From positions 1-64,000 of the forward strand of contig JAXHVD010000010.1 in NCBI GenBank assembly GCA_034189385.1: 64,000 nt of DNA, written 5' to 3'. Origin of the DNA: Thermodesulfobacteriota bacterium. Lineage in GTDB: Bacteria; Desulfobacterota; Desulfobacteria; Desulfobacterales; C00003060. Of the stretch, positions 7,971 through 17,226 are shown piece after piece (positions within the stretch are counted from its first letter, which is position 1; each line of letters starts with the position of its first letter). Both the position numbers and the translations under genes were made by a program. The notes below the pieces were generated by a model. That model was not told the DNA's origin. It saw only the letters and a list, made by a program, of their open reading frames with translations, and did no database searches.

Positions 7971-9113
7971 CTAGTACCGGGAGTACTGGGCACTGTCTTC
8001 TTCCAACTCGCGGATGGACTCCTCAGTCAGGGAGGGTGAGACTTCCGCAATAAGCTCAAGAAAGGTCTCCGTTGTGATCCGATAATCCTTCCCTTCAAGA
8101 GACTCTTTCTCAAAGGCAAACTGGCTGACCTTCTGAAAGAGGTATTCGATGTCTGCAGGAGTAAAGAGAGAGGCTTCTGAGACAACCCTGCTCACATCGA
8201 CGTCACTGTGATTGGTTTTTTCCAAGTAATGTTCGAAGATTATCCGGCGGCTGTCACCATCCAACTCACCAACGGGCATGATGCAGTCAAAGCGGCCCGG
8301 CCGGAGCAGGGCCGGGTCAAGGTGCCTGATATAGTTTGTGGCACATACCAGTAGATTCCTCTTCTCCAGTCGTCGCAGCAGGGGAACCTGTTTGAGGAAC
8401 TCATTGGTAATGGTCTTGTCCATACGGGAGGCCTGATCGCGGCTTCCGGCAACCTCCTCAAACTCATCGATGAACAATACAACCTCGTCCAGGTTTCGAG
8501 CGGTTTCCATCAATTTCTTAAGGTTAGCAGCCAGCTGCTCTTCCCCCCCGGCCATCAAATCACTTGGGCTTATTTCAATGAACCACCACTCGAGCCTGCC
8601 CGCGATGGCACGGGCGAAATGGGTCTTTCCTGTGCCGGGGGGGCCAAAGAAGATGATAGTCCGGGGAGGAGAGACCCTGTGTTTTCGGGCCAACTCCGGC
8701 CTCGTGAGGGGCAGGACGATCCTCTTCTCCACAATCTGCTTGGGAGGCTGAGATTCAGAGATGGTGTTCCAGGCTGATCCTCCCACCGTCTGTGCTCCCA
8801 GTCTCTTAAGAACCTGAATCCTTTGCGTATCATGAAGGTTACCATGTTCAGGTTCGATGTTCTCAATAAAGTCCACGCAGCTCGTTTTGATGCCCACGTC
8901 CCTGCCAAGCTTCTCAGACAGGGCCCACTTATGTTCTAGGATCCTGGACCACAGATCGCCGGCCAACTCCGGTTCCACCTTGAGGCCGCTGTACTCTAAG
9001 ATCAAGGCACGGTGGTCTTCTAAAATGACTTCATTTGTTTCCATGTCCATACTATCAGCCTCCGAAACAAGGCCTGCCCTGGCAAGCCAGGGTGCCATGG
9101 AAGAAAGATTCAT
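7971..9113 (-). CDS. AAA+ ATPase with N-terminal DUF4032-like region
   Basis: Walker A GPPGTGKT, Walker B LFIDE, second region of homology ATN...LDPALLRPGRFD. N-terminal ILEHKWALSEKLGRDVG. Confidence 0.88.
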   Translation of the reverse strand: MNLSSMAPWLARAGLVSEADSMDMETNEVILEDHRALILEYSGLKVEPELAGDLWSRILEHKWALSEKLGRDVGIKTSCVDFIENIEPEHGNLHDTQRIQVLKRLGAQTVGGSAWNTISESQPPKQIVEKRIVLPLTRPELARKHRVSPPRTIIFFGPPGTGKTHFARAIAGRLEWWFIEISPSDLMAGGEEQLAANLKKLMETARNLDEVVLFIDEFEEVAGSRDQASRMDKTITNEFLKQVPLLRRLEKRNLLVCATNYIRHLDPALLRPGRFDCIMPVGELDGDSRRIIFEHYLEKTNHSDVDVSRVVSEASLFTPADIEYLFQKVSQFAFEKESLEGKDYRITTETFLELIAEVSPSLTEESIRELEEDSAQYSRY

Positions 9114-9254
9114 CAGCCGTCAACCCCGCATCATTCCTAGAAAGTTGCACGCTGGGCAACAGTGCCGCGGGACAGGTAGGCAGAGAGAACCCTGCCATTT
9201 CCGCCTGCAGGGGGGCGGCCAGCATTCCGATGAAGGCCCATGAGCCGAAGGCAG

Positions 9255-9282
9255 AAGATAAACCACATCCTTCAAATGTCAA
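9255..9282 (-). promoter_or_regulatory. Sigma70-like promoter upstream of the AAA ATPase
   Basis: TTGACA-16-TATCTT on the minus strand. Confidence 0.45.
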
Positions 9283-9430
9283 TACCCAAGGGCTTCTGTG
9301 CCCCCAATTTAACGGAGGCCTAACGTGATCTTGCCATCTGACGTTCTTGATCTGGAAAAGGGACCAATGGGGACCTCCCGCAAATAAGTAACTCAAGTTA
9401 GCGCCTCACGGCTTGAAAAGAGGCGCTCCC

Positions 9431-9537
9431 CTATCAACCGTTAGAAATAACGGCTAAAAATGTGCTGATGTTGCCAGAAAACGGAAGCACCCTGCCTTGA
9501 ACCTTCTTGATGCAATGGGAGCCTCGGGAGAGGGAAT
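9431..9537 (+). repeat. Dispersed ~105-bp non-coding element
   Basis: Collinear with 42549-42654; the shared core is TGATRCAATGGGAGCCTCGGGAGRGGGAA. Confidence 0.75.
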
Positions 9538-9811
9538 ACTGCTGGAAAGAGAGGGGACAGACCTTTCAAAGGGTGCTTACGTGGCCCGTGACAGGACCTG
9601 TTTTCACCTGTTGGCAGATCAACCCTTCAGATCATGATTGCATAGAGGGGGCGATATATGAAATAGTGCTTTGGCGTGGGTTTAGTCCTATTATTGTCGC
9701 TGGCAATTTCCTGTGTCGTCCTAGCCGATGACAACCTGAGGTGAGGCAGCGAGGTCCTGTCTATTTGTGGGAAGTTTTACAAAAGGTTTTACAAGAGAGG
9801 AGATGTTGGAA

Positions 9812-10096
9812 ATGAAACAAGTTTTGGTAGGAATGATGCTTATGGTTTTCTTGATCGGTTTCGGTTGTTCCTCTGAACAGAAAACAGCTGAAGACAAGCT
9901 GGCCAAAGTAAATGAATTGCTCGCCCAGGGATATGAAATGACCTCGGAGCAAAAAGAACAAATCGATAACCAAATGAAGCAGATCCATGACCTCATGGCT
10001 GCCGGGAAAAAGGAGGAAGCTTCAAACGTACTTTCTGTTACCATAAAAGACCTTGAACAAATTGGAGAGTGGGACCGCTTTAATAGGAGCGAGTAA
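9812..10096 (+). CDS. Putative lipoprotein
   Basis: GAGGAG RBS, lipobox-type signal MKQVLVGMMLMVFLIGFG-C and a helical mature part. Confidence 0.8.
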   Translation: MKQVLVGMMLMVFLIGFGCSSEQKTAEDKLAKVNELLAQGYEMTSEQKEQIDNQMKQIHDLMAAGKKEEASNVLSVTIKDLEQIGEWDRFNRSE

Positions 10097-10192
10097 TGAT
10101 AAATATTGGATCCTAACCCCGAATCCGAGCATGATAGAAAGGACAATAAGGCTGGTGAAAGGTCGGCCTTTGATGCGGTTTCCTTCAGGAAC

Positions 10193-10351
10193 ATGATCAG
10201 GGCCAGGAAGAAGCCAGATGATGGCCCTGAGCGCCGATCATGGCACATGGCGGACATCCTCTATGGCATGCCTTTTGATACTCCCACGCTTCACAGAACC
10301 CCCGAGGCAGGAAGCATCGTCCTTGGCGGCTGCACCAGTATTATCCGCTAA
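10193..10351 (+). pseudogene. Second, truncated copy of the Zn-ribbon-like gene relic
   Basis: MIRARKKPDDGPERRSWHMADILYGMPFDTP...IVLGGC. The DNA at 10152-10333 aligns by eye to 1935-2117. Confidence 0.6.
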
Positions 10352-10398
10352 TATATTCACTTTTATACAATTTTCCTTCATGAAAGAGGACGATAGGG

Positions 10399-11415
10399 GT
10401 GACACACCTGGGTTTTCTTGATGACCTAGAAAAGTGTGAGCTTTGCGAACACAGATGCAGGGTAAACAGACTGCAGGGAGAGACAGGGGTTTGCAGGGTG
10501 ACCATGCCTGTGGTGGGCTCCGCCCAGCTGCATATGGCGCCACCACCAAGCTACACCGTGTTCATGGCTGGCTGCAATTTCAAGTGCTTGCAATGTCAAA
10601 GCTGGACAACCTCTCAGTATCCAGACAGCGGGTATTACCCAAGAGGTTATGAAGACCCCGAAACACTGGCCGAAGAATGCGTACAAGCACTGGACTCCTT
10701 TCCAGCGAGGCTCATCGGGGCCGACAGGATATCCTTTTCAGGTGGTGAACCCACCATTCATCTGCCATATGTTGAAAAGGTCGTTGAAGAGGCGAGGAGA
10801 ATGGCGTCAGACACGAAGGTGAATTTTGACACCAATGGATATATGACTGAGCAGAGCCTGCAAAAGGTATTGTCTTTTTCCACATCTATCACCTATGACC
10901 TAAAGGCATACCATGACGAGGTGCACTTGGCTCTCACCGGAGCGTCTTCCAAGCCGATCCTCAGGAATGCCGAGTTGATAGGCAGATGTGCAAGAGACAA
11001 ACTCTGGGAATACAGAATCGTTGTCATACCTGAACTAACAGAAGAAGAGGTAAGGCCGCTGACCGATTTCATTGCTGGCATCGATCCTTGCCTGCCTGTA
11101 TGTTTTCTGGCCTTCAGGCCGAACTTCGTTTTGCAGAGTCACCCAGGTGCGAAGACAAAGCTTATGCAGCGTTGCGTGCAAATTGCAAAGGCCTCGGGTC
11201 TGAAAAACGTCTACTGGTCTGGGCGTCCGAACATTCCGGGCAAAAGTATTCGTGCAGAAACTGATATCACAGATCAGTATGTACTACCCGGTGCCCAACT
11301 TGCCAGTGCATACAGTCTTTCCGCAGGCTGTCGAACGCATCCAAGGGGTTGTTCAACGTGCCTGTCAAATCAGGTGTGCCAAATTAAGAGGTATCATCCC
11401 ACGAGAATAACGTGA
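10399..11415 (+). CDS. Radical SAM protein (PflX / glycyl-radical-activase-like)
   Basis: CNFKCLQC radical SAM motif, N-terminal CELCEHRC...C, SGGEP and DTNGY, plus a C-terminal Cys cluster. Confidence 0.88.
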   Translation: MTHLGFLDDLEKCELCEHRCRVNRLQGETGVCRVTMPVVGSAQLHMAPPPSYTVFMAGCNFKCLQCQSWTTSQYPDSGYYPRGYEDPETLAEECVQALDSFPARLIGADRISFSGGEPTIHLPYVEKVVEEARRMASDTKVNFDTNGYMTEQSLQKVLSFSTSITYDLKAYHDEVHLALTGASSKPILRNAELIGRCARDKLWEYRIVVIPELTEEEVRPLTDFIAGIDPCLPVCFLAFRPNFVLQSHPGAKTKLMQRCVQIAKASGLKNVYWSGRPNIPGKSIRAETDITDQYVLPGAQLASAYSLSAGCRTHPRGCSTCLSNQVCQIKRYHPTRIT

Positions 11416-11578
11416 ATGGACACCAGGGATTCCTATATGCCCTTTCTGGCATCTAAACCATGAAGTTATTGACGGGGCTCGCTCACGGTTTTATGTCAAC
11501 TGTAAGGCCTGACATCCTATTCGGCCTTGTTTTGTGCTCCGATGGGTTAGATACTGTGTTTTTCAAGGACTGGAATTC

Positions 11579-12325
11579 ATGAAGGTTCTTTTCCATAACG
11601 ATTTCTATCAGGATTACGCATCAGATCCGGCTTCTGCTAAAGGGCGCATGGAGGCAATTGTCGAGGTGATTCGCCCTGACGTGGAGTTTGTTGAAGCCAA
11701 ACCTGCATCTGAGTCTCAGATTGCTGCTGCCCATACAGAGTCTCATATTGAACATGTTCGCAACAGCGGCCTTTACCCTATTGCCGCCCTGGCGGCTGGC
11801 GCAGCTGTCCAGGCTGCCAGAATGGCCCTTGAAGAGCCGGCATTCGGTCTAATCCGTCCCCCAGGACATCACGCATCTGCAGATAGTGCCTGGGGGTTTT
11901 GCTATTTCAACAACATGGCGATAGCACTGCTTGAGCTACGAGATGAAGGCCTAATAGGACAAGCCCTTATATTAGACATTGACCTTCACTTCGGAGACGG
12001 GACCGTCAACATACTGGGTGAACAGCACTGGGTGAACATTCATAACCCATTGGAACGAAGTAGAGAAAAATACATCCAAGAGATCGCACATCTTCTGTCT
12101 GGTGTGCAAGTTGATTTGATTGGCGTGTCAGCCGGGTTTGACTATCACGAAGAGGACTGGGGCGGACTTCTTGCAACCGAGGACTATTTGTCCATTGGTG
12201 TCCTAGTCAGCCGCGCCGCCCGGAAATGTGGCGCCGGCTGTTTTGCTATCATGGAAGGTGGATATAACCATGAAGTCCTCGGTCACAATGTGGCCGCTCT
12301 GATAGAGGGGCTCTCCTTGCAATAG
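11579..12325 (+). CDS. Histone deacetylase family (AcuC/AphA-like) Zn-dependent deacetylase
   Basis: RPPGHHA, GFCYFNN, DIDLHFGDG, SAGFD and EGGY motifs. Confidence 0.92.
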   Translation: MKVLFHNDFYQDYASDPASAKGRMEAIVEVIRPDVEFVEAKPASESQIAAAHTESHIEHVRNSGLYPIAALAAGAAVQAARMALEEPAFGLIRPPGHHASADSAWGFCYFNNMAIALLELRDEGLIGQALILDIDLHFGDGTVNILGEQHWVNIHNPLERSREKYIQEIAHLLSGVQVDLIGVSAGFDYHEEDWGGLLATEDYLSIGVLVSRAARKCGAGCFAIMEGGYNHEVLGHNVAALIEGLSLQ

Positions 12326-12382
12326 ACAAATGCAAGTCTGCTCTTGACTCTTGGTGGAGTAGAAAACAGGGTCCCATCTTAA

Positions 12383-12579
12383 CGGGTTGTTGCCCAAATG
12401 CCTTCTCCCTTAGTTCTGAGCCGTTTGTTGATACATCTAAGGCTTGCTCCAGGCGATGCCAAAACTCGCCCTTCGGGCTCAACCAGTTGACATCGCTGAT
12501 CTTCCGCTTCGCCAAGATGTATTGGCAAAAAACTGCTCAATGAACCGGTCGAAAGCATTTTGGTTTGGGCAACAGCCCG
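12383..12579. mobile_element. MITE (197 bp) flanked by TTAA on both sides
   Basis: 16-bp terminal inverted repeats CGGGTTGTTGCCCAAA / TTTGGGCAACAGCCCG (1 mismatch). TTAA at 12379-12382 and 12580-12583. Confidence 0.8.
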
Positions 12580-12678
12580 TTAAATAGTCACTACGGGGCT
12601 TTTGGGCTCAGCTTCCGTTCTTAACAGGGAACGAGGAAGACATGGGATTCGGTTTGGTTTCAAAAGGAGGGAAGTGAT

Positions 12679-13509
12679 ATGTCTCTGCCCCATTCCAAGA
12701 TCTGGAGGTTGTCTGACAGGGATTTGGATTTCCTGGTCGAAACCGGCGCCCCGAATGTTCGAAACAAGGCAAGGCTTAAGGAGATCATCAGAGAGGACGA
12801 AGATTTTAGAAATAACTTGATCACAGACGAAAAGGTATGCAGGCAAGTGATGCATAATGAGCAGATATTGTTGAGAATCTCCCCTACCCTTTTCTTTGAG
12901 ATCCTACTCAGGAAGGCAGCCAAGGACTTTGAAAGGATAGGTTACACACTAGAAAAGACCGGTACCATGAAAGTTCCCGTATTTGATACAGACGATGTGG
13001 TGGAGCTTCTTACCAAGGAAGCCATCTTGACCTATTTGGCCGACATGCTTTCCTCCTTTAGCAAGGTTGAGAGCTACGCCATTACATTTAAGGGAGAAAA
13101 GGGAATCTGGAAGAAGGTCCAATTCAATGATCTGGACATCTATAGTCTTATGCGTTTCTGCGAAGTGGTGGAAGATGCGTACAGGTTCGCTTTTTATAAA
13201 AGGATCGCTGACGTCTGCCTTTTTATTTTAGGCATGTTTCCGGAGTATGTGGAGGGCAATTACCGTTATCCCTTCTCAGGGCAAGTCAGGCCAAAGATTC
13301 AAGAGCGGCTGAGGCTTAGTCCTGAAGACTATGAGAAACAGGGGCGAAGGTTTTACAAATTGGCTGCAGAGCATTTGTCGGCAAGCAAACTGAACTTGTC
13401 TGAGGTTTTCTGGACCCTTCAAGGGGATTTTCAAAAAGCCCGTAAACCATTGAATTTCATTGCCGAGCACTACTTGCAATACCAGCGGCAAGACATTTTT
13501 TGGCACTGA
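12679..13509 (+). CDS. Hypothetical protein (276 aa)
   Basis: AGGAGG RBS and a long ORF with normal composition. No catalytic motif recognised. Confidence 0.8.
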   Translation: MSLPHSKIWRLSDRDLDFLVETGAPNVRNKARLKEIIREDEDFRNNLITDEKVCRQVMHNEQILLRISPTLFFEILLRKAAKDFERIGYTLEKTGTMKVPVFDTDDVVELLTKEAILTYLADMLSSFSKVESYAITFKGEKGIWKKVQFNDLDIYSLMRFCEVVEDAYRFAFYKRIADVCLFILGMFPEYVEGNYRYPFSGQVRPKIQERLRLSPEDYEKQGRRFYKLAAEHLSASKLNLSEVFWTLQGDFQKARKPLNFIAEHYLQYQRQDIFWH

Positions 13510-13585
13510 GCCTTTGTACCAGGGCCTGCAACAAGTCTGGGATGTTGGTCTAGGAAAGGGCCTAACACACTATTCACTGCCCATC

Positions 13586-13804
13586 TTAGGCCGGCTGTAA
13601 CATGCCCCACATCCAGCTGGGTATGGTAGGATACCTGCCTAGGATGGTGTAAGGGCGAAACGGGTTTGCCAAGGTCACAGAGGGAGAACCGATGGTGGCC
13701 ACGCCACCGCCATAACCCCATGGGCAACCGCCTGTCAGGTTTGTCATGGCCTTCTTGTCCAGCTCCTTATCCATCTCCAGGTCTCTGATTTCGATGCTTG
13801 CCAT
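13586..13804 (-). CDS. Small peptide with double-glycine-type leader (bacteriocin/RiPP-precursor-like)
   Basis: AGGAG RBS. Leader MASIEIRDLEMDKELDKKAMTNLTGG followed by a 46-aa G/P/aromatic-rich core. Confidence 0.7.
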   Translation of the reverse strand: MASIEIRDLEMDKELDKKAMTNLTGGCPWGYGGGVATIGSPSVTLANPFRPYTILGRYPTIPSWMWGMLQPA

Positions 13805-14280
13805 TTTCTTTCTCCTTTCTTCCTGTCTCTTTCGCCGTTTTTCTTCACCCTTTCGCCCACGCCCCACACCAACCCGGGGATGCCTCACCAGATGTTACGA
13901 CAACCTACTGTAAAAAGTAGATACCCACGGGCTTCCTGCCCCCTTGTCTCGTGGGCCGGACCTGTATCATTGGTTCATGATTGTTATCTCCTAACATATT
14001 GGGCAGGAATGTCTACTCTTTAACCAAGGCTTCACGCCAGGCTGAACCTGCATTTACTTGATAAGGTGGCCATGCCGGGGGCATAGGAAGGGACCAGGGG
14101 ACCAGGAAAGGAGAACCGTCAGCCGACAACCAGACAAAAGTTGCCTCTTTGCCTGAGATATGAGTAGCAAAAATAACAAAATGCTGATATTTTTTAATGC
14201 ATTATGAAACAAGGCCAACCGGCCAAGAAGGGCAAGTGCCGCCCATACAATCTTTCCCCCATTTTCCCCGGCAAAGGCAG

Positions 14281-14604
14281 TATGGGCCGCCTTAAGGACA
14301 TGGCCCAGGAGATCATTTCGGCCTCTGCAGGTCTGGAAGGCAGAGGTGCGCCGTGGCGAGAGGGGTTGCGTCGGAAATCCTCAACATGAGCGCACGAAAC
14401 GCCCGCTGGATCGTCAGCGCCCTGCTCGACGAGGGTCTCCTTCAATCATCGAGTCACCGGTCACCCTTGACCATCGGGCTTCCCGTGCAGGTGCTGGTCT
14501 TCTATTTTCCCCGCCTCTATGACCCTTCCGTCATTGGTGAGGAATATCTGGGCAGTGCAAAGAGCAGTGTCAAGGGGCAGTCCACTGGCAGATCGGTCCC
14601 GTGA
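14281..14604 (+). pseudogene. Frameshifted C-terminal (wHTH) fragment resembling Fic-family proteins
   Basis: RGVASEILNMSARNARWIVSALLDEGLLQSSSHRSPLTIGLP...YFPRLY resembles Fic C-termini. No Fic catalytic motif is present. Confidence 0.45.
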
Positions 14605-14664
14605 TCAGGGGTGGCCCAGGAGCAAGGCTGGGAGATGTTGGCAATCAGAATGCTTCTGTGACCT

Positions 14665-15465
14665 ATGGATGATCACGACTTCCGCCAACTCCTGAATCGC
14701 TTTCACCTGTCCTGGGAAGGATACCGCAAGGTGAGAAAGGGGATGAAAAAGCGCCTTCATCGCCATATGCAACAGACCGGCTACCCTCATTTCCGGCAGT
14801 ACCTTCAAGCGATCGACGAAAACCCCGAGGTGAAACATCAGTGCCAGCTGTTGCTCACTGTCTCCATCAGTCGCTTCTTTCGAGACCGCAGGCTGTGGGA
14901 GGTTCTTGAAACAGACATCGTGCCCGGGGTTCTTGCTGCGAATCTGGAAGAGGTCAGGGCCTGGTCGGCAGGCTGCGCCTTGGGTCAGGAGGTCTATACC
15001 TTTAAGATCTTATGGCAAGAGATTGAGCGAGCCACAGGGCGAGGCCCGTACCTGAGGCTCTGGGCCACGGACATGAACCCCGATTACCTGCGTCGGGCCC
15101 AGGCCGGGGTCTACCCCCGGAGTAGTCTGAAAGAGGTCCCGGCGGTCTTTCTGAATACCTATTTTAAATCCCTTCGAGGCAAAACATCATTTTCCATTGA
15201 TGATGCCCTCAAGGAGGATGTGATCTGGGAAACGTGGGATCTTCTCTCCCCTCCGCCTGCAACGGGTTTTCAATTTGTCTTTCTGAGAAACAACTTGCTG
15301 ACCTACTACAAGGCCGAACTCAAGGTGCCTGCTTTTGCAACAATTGCTGAAAGCATCACCAAGGGCGGATATCTGATGATCGGCAGCCACGAGCGCATTC
15401 CATCAGCCTTCGAAGGTTATTTTACCTGCCGGCATCGTTCTGGTATCTTGCAAAAAACTGCGTGA
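14665..15465 (+). CDS. CheR-family methyltransferase (orphan)
   Basis: ISRFFRD, RAWSAGCALGQEVY, ATD, RNNLLTYY and GGYLMIGSHE motifs. Confidence 0.88.
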   Translation: MDDHDFRQLLNRFHLSWEGYRKVRKGMKKRLHRHMQQTGYPHFRQYLQAIDENPEVKHQCQLLLTVSISRFFRDRRLWEVLETDIVPGVLAANLEEVRAWSAGCALGQEVYTFKILWQEIERATGRGPYLRLWATDMNPDYLRRAQAGVYPRSSLKEVPAVFLNTYFKSLRGKTSFSIDDALKEDVIWETWDLLSPPPATGFQFVFLRNNLLTYYKAELKVPAFATIAESITKGGYLMIGSHERIPSAFEGYFTCRHRSGILQKTA

Positions 15466-15561
15466 GGGAACAGCCCGGCAGTTAGTGAAGAAAGGGAAGA
15501 AAGCCGGACGGCCCTAAACAGGTAAACATCATGAAAAGAGTGAAAAGGGAAGTAGGGATGA

Positions 15562-16926
15562 ATGACAAATGAAGATGTGGCCTCGCGCCTCTCAAAAAAG
15601 TATTCCATGCCATGGAAGGACAGGGCAGACGATTCTGAACACATTCTTAAGAAAGCCTCTTTGGCCCACAGGGAAGGCAGGCTTGGTGATGCGGAAAAAG
15701 GCTATCTCGAAGTACTGCGAAAAAAGCCTCATTGGGGACCGGTGCTCAATGCCCTTGGAACGGTATTCTTGGACCAGTCCCAACGGGATAGGGCCCGAAA
15801 GGTCTTTGAGAAAGCATGCGAACTGAGACCTCCCTATCTGCCGGCGTGCTATAACCTGGCCAGGATGAAGCAGGAAGAAAACGATCACGAGGGGGCCATA
15901 AGGATTTACAGGGCCATACTGGAAAGGCAGCCTGATTTTGGTCAAGCATGGAATAATTTGGGTCTTGCATATAGGGAAGTGGGGAACCACGATGAAGCTC
16001 TATCCTGTTTTCGAAGGGCCGTGGCCTTTGCTCCTGACATGGCAGAGGCATGGAACAACCTTGGCGTGGCCCAGGACGAGTTTCATTTAATAGAAAACGC
16101 TTCAAAGTCATACACAAAGGCCATTGAGATACAGTCAGATTACACGTCCGCCCACTTTAACCTCGGCGTTTCTCTGCAAAAGCTCAGGCGATTCAAAGAA
16201 GCCGAAGACCATTACAACAAGGTGCTCGAGACCAAGCCCGAGGATGAGGCGGCAAGATTCATGCTCCAAAGCCTGGGGGGATCGGAAACACCTGATGCCG
16301 CCCCAGCGGAACACGTTCGGAGGATCTTTGATCGCTGTGCCGGGACTTTTGAAGGCATCCTAGTTAAAGACCTGGAATACAAGACCCCTGAGCTCCTCTT
16401 TGACCTTGTGCGCCCATATCTGACGGAAGAAATGAATGTTCTGGACCTTGGCTGTGGGACCGGTCTGGGCTCTCAACTCTATCGGCCATTTGCGAAAAAA
16501 CTTATAGGAGTCGACGTATCATCAAAGATGCTCGAAAAGGCCGCAGAGAAGAAAATCTACGACCGGCTCAAGGTCTTTGACATCCTACAAGACTGGGAAT
16601 TTCACCAAAAATTTGATCTGATCTATAGCTCTGACGTCTTTGTATACTTCGGGAATCTGGATCCGGTCATCAGGTCCGCATCTTCATATCTTGTTGACGG
16701 AGGGATCATTGCATTTTCAGTGGAAAGACTGGAAGACAACACCGTGGAGTACCGGCTCTTTCCCAGCGGTCGCTATGCACACTCACGGACGTATATTGGA
16801 GATTGCCTGAGGCGTCACGGATTACATTTAATAGAGGAAGCCAAGGCCGATATAAGGAAGGAGTCGGAAAACCAGGTCAAGGGATTATTAATTGTAGCAA
16901 AAAAGGATTCAGGCAACAGCCTCTAA
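15562..16926 (+). CDS. TPR-repeat class I SAM methyltransferase
   Basis: About 6 TPRs (AWNNLG), then VLDLGCGTG, GVDVS, DVFVYFG and SGRYAHS. Confidence 0.9.
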   Translation: MTNEDVASRLSKKYSMPWKDRADDSEHILKKASLAHREGRLGDAEKGYLEVLRKKPHWGPVLNALGTVFLDQSQRDRARKVFEKACELRPPYLPACYNLARMKQEENDHEGAIRIYRAILERQPDFGQAWNNLGLAYREVGNHDEALSCFRRAVAFAPDMAEAWNNLGVAQDEFHLIENASKSYTKAIEIQSDYTSAHFNLGVSLQKLRRFKEAEDHYNKVLETKPEDEAARFMLQSLGGSETPDAAPAEHVRRIFDRCAGTFEGILVKDLEYKTPELLFDLVRPYLTEEMNVLDLGCGTGLGSQLYRPFAKKLIGVDVSSKMLEKAAEKKIYDRLKVFDILQDWEFHQKFDLIYSSDVFVYFGNLDPVIRSASSYLVDGGIIAFSVERLEDNTVEYRLFPSGRYAHSRTYIGDCLRRHGLHLIEEAKADIRKESENQVKGLLIVAKKDSGNSL

Positions 16927-17226
16927 ATATCAACTATTTCGTCGTCCATGACAGGGTCGGGCGACTAGCTGGGCGTCCATGATGTTATCCTTTACGTTGG
17001 AGGGAGCGCCGGGACACGGCGTCGAAGTTTCACAATACGAGGAGACTACATTGAATAGGGGTTTAGTGTGAAGTCTATAGGATGACGTGGTGCGACGCCA
17101 ACGCCACTTGCATGGGCACTGAAGCGCGTGTCCAAGCCAGGCCAGAAAATGACGCCTAGTAGGATTTCCATAAGATTGGGATGTACGTTTCAAAAAGATG
17201 TTTACCAAAGTCCTGTCAGGGGTACA

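Noticed and set aside
9318..9403. attC-like GCCTAAC...GTTAGCG
   Set aside because: There is no convincing internal complementarity and no cassette ORF ending at the site.
13860..13975. Possible c-di-GMP-I (GEMM) riboswitch on the minus strand upstream of the GG-leader peptide (GGGGCAGGAAGCCCGTGGGT...CCGGGTTG)
   Set aside because: The GnAAA/tetraloop P2 stem and receptor are not recognisable and the spacing is off. It would need an Infernal hit to RF01051.
10399..16926. A single RiPP gene cluster (radical SAM, deacetylase, precursor, methyltransferases)
   Set aside because: The genes are separated by long spacers, a MITE and a pseudogene, and the precursor is on the opposite strand. The radical SAM enzyme looks PflX-like with no RRE or SPASM domain, and there is no transporter or protease. 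I kept this only as a caveated note.
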